DNA of 64,000 nucleotides, from positions 3,100,001 to 3,164,000 of the forward strand of contig NC_081333.1 in assembly GCF_022539665.2 (NCBI RefSeq), read 5' to 3'. Each line of letters opens with the position of its first letter. Positions within the stretch are counted from its first letter, which is position 1. Source of the DNA: Daphnia carinata. Lineage: Eukaryota. The position numbers were made by a program, and so were the translations under genes. Positions 35,503 to 50,400 of the stretch are shown here, one piece after another. The notes beneath the pieces are model-generated. The model did no database searches. It saw nothing but the letters and a program-made list of their open reading frames with translations, and was not told the origin of the DNA.

Positions 35503-38500
35503 TCACTCGACGTCGCACAGTGGGCAACATTCACCTTCTACTTGACGAGGATTCTCGCAAATAGGACACTGCAAAGTTGTGCATCGAATAAATCCTCCCT
35601 GTTGACCAGAATAAATCAAGCAAAAATGCCACGTGTAAAACGCATGAAAATAATCAAACCAGGCAGTTGCATTCGGTACAGCTGTCCTTGTCCCACGATT
35701 CCCCATTTTCCCGCGACACGCCATCGCTGTCCAAACAATTCGTTTGTGAATGTTTCGTTCCATGTTTCTTCTTGATCGGTTTGTCGAGGCAAACGCTCTC
35801 CACGTGTTTCAACTTTCGGGACATTTTCTATTTCGTATTTTAACAATGTAAATTTTAGGTCTTATCGATATCATTTTTGTTTTAAATTACTTTTAGAGTC
35901 CGCTGCATCTTAGCTATCATGGCTTCTAATCCTTCGATTCGCTCGTCCGGTTGCTCTGACTGTTGACGGAACACTTGAGGATCGACTCGTTTTCGAGAGG
36001 ACTCTTCATCGCCGGGGATCGAATTGTTATAAAAACTATCCGATGTCGAAGATGTTATAGATAACACAGACGCTTCTCCATACGCAGGTTTATCTTCCGG
36101 ATACGAGTAATTGGGAGAGCGTCTTGTCCGGCGCGTAATGGAATTGAATTGGCCAGCATTGCTGCATTCTATCATTTTTTAAAATTGTAATAATTCAAAG
36201 GTTTCTTTAATGAGGTTAGTATTACCATGGCAACATTCGGCCCAGAATCTCAGTTCTACTTTAGGTATTTCATTGCAAGTGACGAAAGATGGCGATTGAA
36301 GATTGGGCATTTTGAAAACATTTTTTGTAACTTCGAGGATGTCGTCACTGCTATCGCAAATGACTTTGGCCAACGTCGATTGCTTGATTTGAGTCAGCTG
36401 TTCCGGCTTGAAAACAGCCGGATTTTCGTACCAGAATCTAAGACCAAACAACTTTGAATGACTTAAATCGATCATAATTTGGGTGGAACCAACCTGTCAC
36501 CATCTCTCAAACGCCGGAATTGTTCGACCAGCAAGCACCGGAATGTGGGTCCAACTTTAGCACCTTCAACTGGATCCTCAGCCATGCCACCCACCCAAAT
36601 ATCAATATTACCTTTTAAAAAAATTTTTATTCAAAGCCATTATCATAGATTTTTTTAAATGATTCAATGTTATTACTGGGATGTCCGTAAAGTTGCTGCA
36701 ATTTATCCCTCAGGACTTGACTTTGGATTTCAGATTGAAGATCATCAAACGTTTCGGCTTCTGGCAGTTTACAGTAGCGACGCCAATCATTGTAGCCGGG
36801 CAAGGCGTGGTCACGTCCTCGTTGGATATTCAAAGCGGCCAAATCTTGAGATACGAGATGAGCAGGGCGGAACAGCGACTCCGTTAGATTGGCATTGAGT
36901 AATTGATCAGATAGACGAATCTAACCACCGATCAACCGTTAAAACCCAATCAATTATTCAAACGTATTTAATGCATTACTTTGGCAGGTCCAGCAAAAAG
37001 GCCTCGAAGGATAGGATCGACTCCACCTTGTTCCACCAACCTCCACGGAGCGAAAAAGGCGTCCTGGAGTAACAAATGACCTTGCGGAATGGGCAAGAAA
37101 CTGGCATTGAGCCGCTGAAGAACGGGCTGAATGAGACCGTGTCCCATCCGGAGAGCGGCCGTAGCGAAAACGTTGGAAATGGTAGCGTCCGTTTGCGGAT
37201 TGTATCCTTTGTAATCGCCCATTGAAACCATTCCTTCATGTCCGACGATGAGCGGCAACCAATGCTCGTACGTAATGTGTTGCATAATAGCACCGATGAT
37301 CTTGCGGGACTCGTGGTAGAGCATATCGCCATCCCAATGCGGATTGATTACACGCAGTTCATCCGCAACGCGATTGTGCTCTCTAAACCATAGCGTGTGC
37401 ATGACTAACAATCCAGTCTTCAAAACCAGATTGAGATTTAGTTTGAAGAAAATTCGTTTAGAAAATTGCCGAAGTTTTACCTGTTCATTTGCACGAACGT
37501 CTCCAGCTAGAAAACATCCGATCTCACTTTCCTCTCTGTCTCGTTTACAATCAACGGGAGTATTGGGCGTGGCAAAGGGTAACAATGGGCCCCCTGTTTC
37601 CGTCAATAAACCACGTCTTAGGTGACCATTGTTCCCGTGCACTTCCCTCAATTCACGAGCCTCTCTGTCAGTCGATCCGTAGACCTTGACGTTTAAAGAA
37701 AATAAGAGAAAGTTACATTTAAACATCGAAATATTTTTTTACCTGAGATGCATCGATGTAAGATGTCAGTTGATTGATCTGTTCTCGCGGTAACATGGTG
37801 TTCAAAAGGACCGACGTTGCGCCCGAGCCGCATACGGCGCTGTTGCGCACGAATTCCATGCACCGATGATGACGGATTCTCGGATCATTTGGCGGCACTT
37901 CGATCGGGAAACACGGCGCTGAGTAATCACATGACCTGTGGGCCAAATTCAAACAATGAAGGACTTTTTTTTTGAATGATGAGTTAAAGGAAAAGGAATT
38001 ATAAACTCACGTCCGGCAATCGACAAACTCTCCGAAACTCTCGGAAGCCATTCCGGGCACAGCTAAATCGAGATCGTGATCCAGGAACTGTCCCCATTGC
38101 ATCAACATGTGCGTGTAAATTTCGTCCGACGTGATTTGCGTGGTCGTAACGACCCGCGTGGAAACTAACCGTGCGCTTGGCTTTGTAAACCCTTTGTAAT
38201 TAGTGCTGCGACTCCAGCCGACGGGCAAATTGAATCCGTTCTCGTAAATCGGTTTCAGCAAACGCCGGAACCCCGTGAGAGAAGAGCCCCAAAGTGGTTG
38301 CTGAAAATTGTTGCAAGTGCCATCGAACGTCCGATATTTCGAATGGAAACACATGTCATTGCAATCCGGTTTTCTCCTGTGCGTCAAACAGCCGGACGCG
38401 TTAGCGATGAGGTCAAGCTGCTGGGGACTGAGCGCGTCTTCGTAAGAGAATTCACCTAATTTGAATAAACAAAAATAGTTGGATTCAACGGAAAGCATTT

Positions 38501-41500
38501 GAAAATGAAAGACTATTTACGTGTGACATTGAACTGGTGGCCGCTCTCGATGTGGCGACGGACAACGGCCAATGCGCGTTCGTAAACTTCGGCGGCGCGG
38601 GCTAATTCACGAGCTGTGGCCGTCGGGAATCGATTGAGACGGATGAGTTCGCTGTGAGTCAGCCGTGATGAACGATCGCGATTAAACAAAGCGGCAATCG
38701 TTTCATTGACGGCCCGATCGACAGCACGACGGGCCTCTTCCACGGCCGACAGGACCAAACGATTACTCACCGAGCGGCGTTCTAGTTTTAAAACCAGTTC
38801 ATTTGAATTTCAATTTGAATTGATTAAAAAAAGATGTACCTCTGACTCTCATTCGTGCGCGGGCAACCACCACGCCCATCTCATTCAAGGCCGTGCATTC
38901 GTAAGTGCCTTCATCGCTCAGTTGCACCTGCCGGAAGATGAGACTTCCGTTGCCCATCGGCATGACGTGCGTCAATTGGCGCATATTTTGGCCGTCTTTA
39001 CGCCAGACGATGGTCGGTGCTGGATCACCATCGGCAGAGCAAAGCAATTCAACCGAATTGCCGGTCAGCACTTCGATGGATTCGGGCGTGCGGACAAAGA
39101 ACGGCGCTCGGCGATTGGTCGATTGAATGGACGACGATGGAGGCACGGCCGCAGGCCGGGGCGGACTAGGCGTGGGTCTGACGGACGGAATGACAGTCAG
39201 AAGAGCTTCAGCTTCTAACGTGGCCACCTGATTGGAGACTGTGCATCGATAACGTCCCTGATCGCTCAGCTGGACACGTTCGATACGGATCCGAACTAGT
39301 CCGATGGCTGTTCTAGCGTCGGGCATCAACGGAGCGCCGTCTTTAGTCCAGACCAACCCTGGAGACGGATATCCATCAGCTGAGCATCCCATCTCGACCG
39401 TGGCCTCCTCGAAGGTCGTCTGATCGCGAGGCCAGTCGCTAAACACCGGCCCACCTTCAGAAAAAAAAAATCAAACAATCGATTATGTGAAATCTAATCT
39501 GGGAAGACATCTTTTTGTTTGTGTTTAACAATGGAGGGGTAGAGATGATTGTTGGGACACTGCATTATGCAAAGTAATGTTGGAATAGCGTCTTTTTTCT
39601 TTTAAATGCCCGTCTTTTTTAGATTTTGATGTTGTCCAGCAACTTTCTAAAAAATTCTCGGCGTTCCAAAATGTTGATCTTATTAATGAAAGTTGATTTG
39701 GTATTTGATTTTCGTCATCCGTGATTTCATTTTGATGAAGTCTGGATGTTGATGGATCGCTGGATCGCATGGACATTTTTTTTTTTTGAACTGGGGAGAA
39801 TCCATTTCAATAAATTAAATGAATTACACAACAAAAACGAAAATGGAATTTCATTTTTCTTTTAAATATCTACACGCCTCCCCGTTTTGGTATTAATCAT
39901 TTAAAATGGTGCACTGGCCAGCCTGACGGCCTTCGCTGCACGAAAAAAAAGGGAGAGTGATTAACAAGGATGGCCCCCAAGAGCGTTTCATTCTTAACTA
40001 CAATGGATATTTCCGTGCTGGAAGAAGGTTCGTTGATGTGATGATGAATATCTCATTTGTATGCGAGCTAAACAGCCCTTTTGAATCACTACATCTTTAT
40101 GCATGTAAAACATGCTAATGGAATGCCGTTTTAATAAACACAGTCGCCATTTTCTGTTGAAAAAAACAAACAAAACAAGTTCGATGTGTGTGTCACACAA
40201 CTTACTGAGGACTCTCAGCTGGGCAGGTGCTGAAATCTTTCCCAAGGAATTGCCGGCAGTGCAGCGATATGTTCCAGCGTCTCGTTGTCGTACCTGTCGG
40301 ATAACCAATCCTCCATTGGCTAATAATTCTGTTGATTGAAGCAGACGAAAAAAAACGAGTTTTAAAAATAAAACGCCAATTAAAAACAACGTCAGTTGGG
40401 TACAGTTTACCGGTTCTTTGGCGATCGACCGGGCCGTCGTTGAATGTCCAGGTGATAACCGGTCTAGGATGGCCGGCGACTTCGCAATCGAGTCGGGCAG
40501 ACGAGCCGTCTTGTACGTCTACATCTTCAGGTGTTACGACGAACTTTGGTTTCACTGTGCGTACGTGTGGAAAAAGAGTTACATTTTTTTTAAGTAGTAG
40601 ATTGATTTCAAAAATCAATTAGCAGAGACCCATTCTCGAGAGTCGTTTGACGGGTCTCTCTCTCTCTCTCTCTATTTGAGATATGCAAAATGGGTATCAC
40701 CTTTGGTGGAGTTGTTGTTGTTGTGGCTGTTGGCTAATATCGGTTTCATGTGAACAGAACGAGATTTCACTTCGCCAGCTGGACTTTTTGCCATGCACTC
40801 GTACGAGCCCATATCGCTGTCCGATGCGTTTTCGATCATCAGCGTTCCGTCTTGCAACACCTGATACTTGGGATCGTCATCGGGGCTGATTTCGTTACTA
40901 TAAATAAATACGGGCGGGGATATTAAATAATTTAAATAATTTAAATTAGATATTCAATTTACTTGTTGTAGAGCCAGACGATATCCGGCTCGGGATCGCC
41001 TTCTGCTTTGCAGGTAAAATAAACGGTACCGCCGAAGGTAATTTCAACGTCGGTAGGCTCTTCGGTCAGGACCGGTTTTTCTGATCGTTTAAAAAATAAT
41101 AAAACTAAACGCCCTTCTTTTAATTTTAAATTATTTTTATTACTGCAATTGAATTCTTCAATGAGGGAAGTCACGGAGCGGCCGTTAAGCTGATCGGGTG
41201 ACTGGCAGATGGCGGCCGCCTGAGTCGTTCCTTGTTTCTCTTGCAGCATTTTGGCCAGCCACAACATTTGACAATCGCAGATGAGAGCGTTGCTGTCCAA
41301 TCGCCTTTTTTAAAATTTAATAATAAAACACACACATCAATGGAATACGAGCTAATTTTAGTTTAAAAATCGATTTGAATAAATGATAATGAGGAGGACG
41401 ATGAAGAGAAATGGGATTTACGATCGAGATAATAAACAATAAAGAAATGAGATTTTTACAGCCTCTTGAGTGACTCCATGTTGTGGAACGCACCGCTGGG

Positions 41501-44500
41501 TATGCGCTGCAGTTTGTTGTTATGCAAAAACCTAATATATTTAGAAATAAAGAACATTTTAATGAGGCTCTTTGATGCACAGTGATGAAATCAATCGTTA
41601 AAAAATGAAAAGGATTGGACTTACAATCGCTCCAGCGACGGGACGTTGGAGAAGGTCTCCGGGTCAAGGTGGTCGATCTGGTTGAAGTGGAGATACCTAC
41701 CGAGAGTCACATTAATCGTTTTTAAAGATCTCAAAACAACTTAAAAAAGTGAAACAAAAACACAAAAAAGACGGGGAGGGTAAAGGCATTCATTTTTTTC
41801 AACGGTCTTGTTAGTTTTATCCAAATCACATGCATCAGTCCATAGAAGATGACCTGATTATTAATGCAGTTTCATTTTCAGAAATCATTTCGAACGAAAC
41901 AATGGACACGTTCCCATTCTTCCTCAATAATCTTTAAAACATTAAGAACTTTGAACACATTAAATCTCTTTTTCTTTAACAGACTGGAGAGGATGTAAAA
42001 TGCCCAATATTTCTCAGCATCAAACCCTGTCTTTCTCTGCGGAGAGCGTAACAATGTGACTGGAACATTTCCGTTTGTTCACGCTTCTTTCAACCCCCCC
42101 CCCCCCTTCTACCGACACGCCTCTTTCAAAACCCCCCTACCGACACAACCCGGCGGCATGAAGAAACGAAGAAAGACTCATATCGAAAACATTCAAATGG
42201 AAAAGTGAACTTACAGCTGTTCGAGCTTTGGCAAATCGTGAAACGTATGCTTGTCGATATCCTTGATTCGATTCTTGTAGAGATACCTGTTACACGGTAC
42301 ACACACAAAAAAAAAATAAAAGAATAAAGACATGTATACCTGTGTTTAAATCAGCCTTTTGTTTTATTTCGCTGATTTCAAATGTTTTAGTAAATCAAAG
42401 ATACGTACAGGTATCTGAGTTCTTTGAGGCCGTTGAAAACACCTTTTTGAAGTTGATTGATGTGATTGTTGTTCAACAGCCTGTAGGGTCGCGACGTACC
42501 GTATTTGAAATACGAAATAAACAAACGAACAGAGATTATCACTGTAAATTGTGTGTACAGAACCGCAGGCGATTTGAATCACCGTGTCGAAGATAAATGA
42601 TTGATTTCAATCAACATTTCGTATAATCACGACGAAATGGAAAAAAAACTTACAGCGTGTTTAGGTTCTTCATGTCCCGGAACGTGTTGGGCTCGATGTC
42701 CCTGATTCGGTTGAAGCGTAAATCCCTGCCACACAACAGACAGATCGTTATACACACAACAGTAAACCTTAAGACACGATAACATCGCATTGATTGTTTT
42801 TTTTCCCAATGCCAGCAGGTTCTATATCGCACCCCTACCATATCGAGTTTAATGAAATAGAAAGTGGAATATATTCAGAGACGACATTAGAAACGCTTGT
42901 TTTCAAAGTCAGCCACACCCTGGACGTTTTTTTTTACGGGATAGATCACTGCTCGATGCAAATGGGAATTTCACTTGAGAAAACAAAAGAAAAAATGTGG
43001 AAACCAGACATCTTCACCCCTAAAGTGGAGCCCAACAGCCCAAAGTCTGCAACCTGTCCACACCCAAAAAAGGGGAGGAGGACATGCCACACAGACAAAT
43101 CGAGCCCCCATTTGATTAGCATATATCGTTTGGGTTAGATGCAACCATAGCCTACCCCGAATTACCATAATCCCGTATACATGTTTTCGTTGGCGTGAGA
43201 ATGATACGACACACACTGAGGCCAAACTCACCAGGTGGCTGTTGATATTAAAACACACACAAAAAATGTGTTGAATCAAAAGAAATCTAAGCCAATTCTA
43301 CGGAAAATTAAAAGGGAAATCAGCTGTTCTCAAACGGTATCACGACGACACGTTGAGTCATCTTACACACAGCTTGTTGCTTTGTACGTTCCAGTTTTTT
43401 TCCCTTGCCTTCTAATTTCCATGTGTCAACGAACGTGGTGATTGTCACGCACGTATCTCACCTTCACTTAAAACTGTCCGTGACTTTTGCTGTTCACCTG
43501 CCCCCCTCCCCTCTTCCAAAAAAACATTTTCAACGTGTTTGAACAGTCCTGGAATTTTCAGTTCAAAGAATAAAAAGGCCTTTGATATTTTAAATAAGAA
43601 AACGTCTCGACAAAATTCAAATATTTTTCAGAGCAAATAATGTTAAAAAAACTGGTCAAAAACCAATTTCTGTTTTTCACGCAATCAAGAAAACAACACT
43701 TGAGTTAACGTGTGTGTGTGTATGAGACTGATGGCTATATAAGGAGCTTTTTTTTTTCTTCCCCTACAGCGCAAAAGAATTTTGATGTTTTCTGATTGTT
43801 TCCATAACCGACTCTCCTCTTTCTAGCACGTCTACGAGGTTTCATGTCTCTGCCGTGGCGGCAGTTCCCCCCGCCGTCTGCCGATGATTCACAACGTGTC
43901 CATTCTTTTTTCTTTTTTCTTAAAAAAAAAAAAATAAATAAATAAATAAAGAGGGAAATACACGAATGCGTGTATATTTATAGTTATGATGATGTCTAGT
44001 GAAACGATCTTGACAAAGACGAACGCGTGAATAATGCGTGAAACGAATACTATTTGCTTCGAATTCAACCGAGCGAAGTAATGATTGCCATAACCTGACG
44101 CCAAAAAAAGGGGGGGGGGGAGGGAAACGCATCCGCACGGATTTGTCAAAATGTTCAGTTTCCCTCGTATTCTTACGTCATCAAATTGTATGGTGTTATA
44201 AGGTCGTATATTTTTTTTCCAGTCTCCCCTCCATTAAATTTCTATTGAATGGCACCCGAAAAGGAGATGAAAAACGTTGAGGGTCTGACATTGTAATGCA
44301 ATTTTAAAGAGCTCGACTCATTTTGTATTTCTTTTCCCCTCCGTTTGAATACCCCCCTCCATGTCCTAATGCTTTTTTTCAAAGTGTTAACGAGCTTGTT
44401 CTACCCAATCAACTATCCCGACACGTAGTACAGAAACGAAAGGCAATAAGAAAACGCTGTGAGAGTAGCTTTTTCTCAAGACTTTTTTTTTTTTTGAGGT

Positions 44501-47438
44501 TAGTGGTAAACATAAATGAAATATTTGTTTGTGATTTTTTTTTTGAAAATGTTTTTCTTACATATCGATACAAGAGAGAGGAAAAATCCATTTTTGGAGG
44601 GTGTAGGTGAAAGAAATAAACAAAGAAAAGAAAGATGTTTCTAACGCAACAACAATAATATGGTGCTGTTGGGCGGATCCGGGAGAAATCAACAACCCTG
44701 ACAAAAAAAAAGGGGTGGGTACACACACACACACACACAAAAAATTAAAACTCATCGTGAAAAGGTATTATTTTTAATCCTCCCGTACCTTTTGTCGACA
44801 ACTTCGTTTTTATATCAGTTTTTTTTAATATATATTTAATGATAAAGAAATAAGTCAAATATGGACGTTTACTTTCGTGTGACGTCATGTGGAACATTCA
44901 GGAATAATGTCCCCCCAACGTAGCCTCAACAAATGTGATGTCTATAGTTTTTGTACAGTCTGGAACGCAGCGCTATATAAGGACGCCACGTTTTTGCTGG
45001 ACAAAACGTAGCCTGAAAGGACCCGAGATTGTCATTGGTTCCGTGTTTGGCTTTACTTGGCATTTTACATAGCAAAGTCACACGAGGAATTACAACAAAA
45101 GAAAGCATTGCGTAGTTTACGAAGCGTTTCATTTGAAAATCGTGTTGGTGACGCTAGAAATCTAAACAGCTATTCAAAAGAAAAGAAGAGCCGCTTTCAT
45201 AACTTAAAGAATTAAAAAAAAAGGCGTCCTCTGCCATCGGCCGAACATATATACACAATCGCCAGTTAAATAGGGAAAACATCTTCACGGATATTCATTT
45301 TTTTTTTCTTTAAAGGCAATGTCTCTTATCGAAATGACCCGCCCTGAAAATCTTTACTTGCGTTCCAAAAAAAAAACAAGAAAAATTCGATTGAAATTCA
45401 CGTTCAGGTGGCGACGTTTTCTTCTACCTGGCCTCAGTTTTTGCATTTAATAGGAAAAAAACTGAATAAATCATCAGCTCTGACAAGGTTCTATAACAGA
45501 AATCAAAAAATGAAAAAATATCAGATGATAATGGCATTTCTCTGTTATGGTTGGGTGACCAGCTGAGAGCTGTTGCCTTCTACGAATGTGTTTTCAACCG
45601 TTTGCTCTCCCCTCTCTGATATGTTACCTTATTTGTCAGCAATTGTACAAATACATAGATGGATGCTGTTTGTATCTGAATAGGGAGGAGAACTCGTCAT
45701 CCATCTGAATTTAAACGCTCACAACAACAACAAAGAAAAAATGATGCATCCAGGGAGTTCGTTTCATCCGTGCGTGCCCACGATAGGCCTATCCTTCGCT
45801 GCGGGAATAGAGACGTAAACATAGATCCCGATCGTGAGTCATCAAAAAAGGGAGTCCCATATCTGTTTGTTTTGTTCTTTTTTTTTAAGAAGGTAATAGA
45901 GTCCATATGTACAGATGACACAAATAATAAACATCAGATGATTATCGAAGAACAGACGAACTGAAGAAAGGCTTAAGGCCAATGAGGACCAGCAAAGAGA
46001 TTATTAGATTTATTTTTATTTCAAATCTACGGTTTTGTTTGTTGATTTTGTACCTTTTTTTTATTTAAAAAAAAAAAAAGGGGGAAATTTTTTATTTAAT
46101 AACATTAGTTTTTCCACTGGAGAGGGCGGCTGATGGTTTCAAGTTACCACACAAGTTATTCCAGCCGCCCTTTTTCTCCCCTTTTTGTTATTTATCCTTT
46201 TTGACAGCAAATGTCTAGCTGAATTCTTTTCGTCACGTCACACACATTTTTTTTTTTTCTAAAAGAAAAATGTGTTGCTTTTTCATTCAACTGTTTGTTA
46301 CGAGAGAAAAAAAAAAGGAAACATTTGCTCGTGATGATGTAAATGAAGCTCCCTATGATGGGAAGCTGAACCATCAAGCGAAAAAAAAAAGAAATGCTTA
46401 TTCAAATATCCATCATCGACCTCGTTTTCTTTTTGAACAAATTTCAATAGTATAACATTTTCTTATGTTAATGTACAAAAATAGGCGCACAAATGGAGAG
46501 CCGAGTCAATGAAAACATCCAAATACAGAGAGAGAGGCATCACGACTCTTTTAGCAAACGAGTGAAATACAAAAAGGGAAATAAATAAAAAATATGCAAA
46601 GAGTCAGCTAGCACGGAAAAGCTACATAGAAAATGCAGTCGTGGTCATTTGAATCGTAAATCCTCTATTTTTTGATAGACCTTCCTGCTTTTCCAGCGTA
46701 GAAGCGGTAGGTATAAAAAGACACGAAAATTTCAATTGACCAAAAGAATGTGCAACCTAACGACCCACTCACTTTGAAGCTTCTTTATTTTCCGCCTTTC
46801 TTTACGGCCGTTAAGTAGATTTCTCAAAAAAATAAGAATGTTCCCCTTCAAGTTGCTCGATACCATTAGATACCGGAGAGCTTTTCTTAACTAGGGCTGA
46901 GGTTCCATCCAACGAGAAAAAAACATTGAAAAGACAACACGTTCTTTTCTCTCTTTCTCTTTTCAAAAAGAAAAAATAGGTTATGACTTTTCCTTGTAGA
47001 AAGAAATAACACTGCTGATTGGTCAAGGTAGAACCAAAAGGGCAAACTTTTTCACATCAGTAAGCTTTGCGTATAGACACAAGGAAAAGAACGTGTTACG
47101 AATAAACAATTTGAAAAAGAAACAAAAAAAAAAAAAAAGAGAAAAGAGAACGTTTAAACTTGATTGACCTGCTAACCGATATTTGCCACTAGAGTGCACA
47201 ATATATGCACCAGACACGGCTGGACAACATTTTTATTTGTCATGGAAAAAACTTACAGGATGGTAGTGTTGGCCGGGACGGCCGGGACTTGATCCAACTG
47301 TAGGAACATGCAGCGGACCGTTGAGCGGAAGCAAAGACACCTGGTCGGGCATCGAATTTCGGCGTTAATCAAGTCCACCATCATCACAAACGCGATTAAC
47401 GCCACCATCAAGTAGTTCGACATTGTCAATAATCCCAT
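35503..47438 (-). CDS. Pxn: Peroxidasin (signal peptide, LRRs, four Ig domains, haem peroxidase, VWC)
   Basis: Signal peptide plus CPTRCLC LRRNT (47438-47257); short LRR exons; [15 protein letters not shown]; Ig exons at 41080-38840; [31 protein letters not shown]; terminal VWC ending GECCPLC, stop at 35503. Confidence 0.95.
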
Positions 47439-50400
47439 TTTATTTATTTTTTTATAATTAAAAACAAGCAGAAAACAAATAAAAGACACGGCACGTTAAA
47501 GGCTAAAAAACGGTCATCACAATGTGGCGGATGTGAACGAAACGATTTGTTTTTGAGCCGCGTTAGTTCACGAACGGGACTCTGTAAGACAACGTCCCAA
47601 CAGCCCGGCGGTCGGAGGCAGACTGACCTTACAAACTTTTGCCTCTTGATGTTTGCTTTCTTCCGATGGCGCTGCTGGTCGCAAGGTGAGGCAACACATC
47701 ACACGCAATTGCCGAACCCTCTCGATGGCCTAAAGCGACAAGAAGTGCCGTCCGCGTGTGTGTTTTTCTCTCTCTCCCCTCTTGTTTGTTAATACTCCAG
47801 CCCCTGGAAGAGGTGTCGAGTAACTGTCACGGGAGAATTCACGAATAATAACAAGCCAGAGGACAATTTTTAATATGTGGAACTTATGCGGACCCTGTTC
47901 CATGTCGAAAACAAATTAGCGTTAAATTTTTTTTTTTTCGAGTTCAATTTTCAAAATTTAAATAAATCAACGACGAAACTATAGACTAAGAATATTTTTA
48001 AAGTCGGTTTCAATGTTGGCAAAAACGTTTGCTTATCTATTATCGGAATGTTTTCTTCACTCACAGCGAGACAGACGAAGATTTCACGATTGTTGAATCG
48101 ACTGGATTCCTTGTTCATCGATGGCTGTCACCTCCTCATGATGGATCGTTTTTCTTCGATGCGCGCAGACTTTGTGTGTCCACCTCTCAAATATCCGAGT
48201 AAATTCTCTTAACGGAATTCTCAAAAAAATACATGTTTTTTTTTTCTTATTGACACTCGTTTGAAAATTTATGCAGCTTCGCATCTCAGTTATCGTTCCG
48301 GTCGTTCCTTCAATTCCGCCTTGCGTTCAAATCGATTTTCTTTTTCGCGATTTTTATTTAAAATTCGCGTTATCCTATCGAGATGGAACAAGTGACAAAG
48401 GAAACATTCAGCCATCTTGTAATCGGTTCCATCAAAAGCGAAGGTCAATCCCCTCCCCCCCCAAAAATATGAGATTGCCAATAACTAAGTCGTTTAAATT
48501 CTTCACGCTCCAAACGCTTTAAAAGAATGTGATTTTTCTGACCAGCTGTTTCTTCTGTTAAATCATAAAAAATAAAAAAAATAAAAGAAATATAATTTAT
48601 TACGTATTCCCATTTAAAATATATATTTTTTAAAATCTAAATCTTATGGCTTATGATTATATCATTGGTTTATCACAGAGGGTGTGCGACACCCTGTCTC
48701 TCACAAAGAGAAAAACTATTAAAAGCATCGATCCGAGAAATATATACGACTCGGATACACCTATAGTGTAAAGGGGTAGTTAATATACTATACGGGTTTA
48801 TTATAATAGTTTTAGTATGTGCATAAATCTCGTCACGAAATGCCTCTTTTTATTTCCCAAAGGGGGATGCAGGGCTATTTTCAAAAACTATTCTGAAACT
48901 ATTCACCTTGCATGGGTTTTCATCGTGTTCTGGCCAGTTTTCAATCTTTCAATCAGTTCTTATCATCTCGTCTACATCTTTTTTTTTTTCTGAATTTTAT
49001 TACTTAATCGAAAGATTATGTTAATTCGATCAGGGGCGTATTTACGTAGCGCACACATCGATTCTCTAGTACAGAACCCTTTGTTTCTTTTCACCTAATA
49101 CGTAATAGTTTAACCACACGAAAGGGGTAACAAAAAAAAAAACTTACCATGCTTCTCTGTTTAATGCTGAAAACCACAAATGTTTTTCTGAACAAAATTC
49201 AGAAGAAAAAAAAAACACATCCGGAAATACACCCCCTTTTTTTTTTCTTTTTCTCTCCCTTACCCCAAAAAAAGACGCACGAGCCAGCGGGGGCGGCAGC
49301 GTCAGAAGCCTTTTCTTTTTTTCTTTTTTATTTGAAGAGGCTATATATTATTCAATAGATAGAGCTTATCTAATACAATAGGTTATGCCGCTAGCTATAT
49401 ACCCATCGGGCTGAAAATCTTCGGGACTCACACACACACTCAAAGGAAGAACACGATTCACGGCGGGGCTGTGCCATTATGGACGATGTTTGACTATGTC
49501 GTGACCCTATTGAGTGTGTACGAGTAGGCATAGTTACACACACTGAAGAGAGCTTTAAGAAAATTTAGCTTTTTTTTTTTATAGCAGTTGATGGACACAC
49601 GCGCGTTTCGGGAAATAAGACATTAAACGCACAAACAAAAAATACGGCACACGCATCTTGAGAAATCACGATCTCTGTCGTATAGGCACACGAAAAAAAA
49701 AAAATGGCCGGTTTGTGGTATTAAAAAAATTTTTGGGTCACACACTTCCAAAAAGAAGAAAAAAGATCTATCTGTAATAGACGATCAAGAGCTTCTTTTC
49801 ATTGCACTTTCCATTCCGTTGCTCACACACACACACAGTCACACACGAAAAGAATTTTGGAGAGGAATGATGACCCATTCATTTACGGTGCCCAAAAGGT
49901 TCTTTTTATCCTCTCTCTGTGTGTGTATATGCGTACGCAGCAAGAAGCCAACAGGCACTCATGACGTAAATGACATCTTCGTTTCCTTATTCAAGAATGG
50001 AACGTTTTTATAGCTGTCGCGTATATACAGCAGCCACCATCTTTTTTCTTTTTTTTTTGTTCAAATCTCCCCCTGAAAAAAAACTGTGACGTTGTATACA
50101 AGGCCGAACACTTTGGTATTCCACCGTGTGTCTCGTTTTTACGAGTCACGACCTTTAAAAGTCATCAAAATTTAAAAGATATATATATATATATATATTT
50201 TTTGAACATGTTTCTTTATTCCAAGTAGTTTCAGATTTATTCCTCATTTTAAAACAACCAGATGTATAACGATATGGCGAAGGGAACTGGTTTCTTCAGC
50301 CGCGGTATTATCGGGAGCGTAACGGCAGCGCCAATCGGTACCGAGTCGAACAACAAAAGGGGAGAAATGATAACCTGTTGAATGATGCATACGTGCTGCT

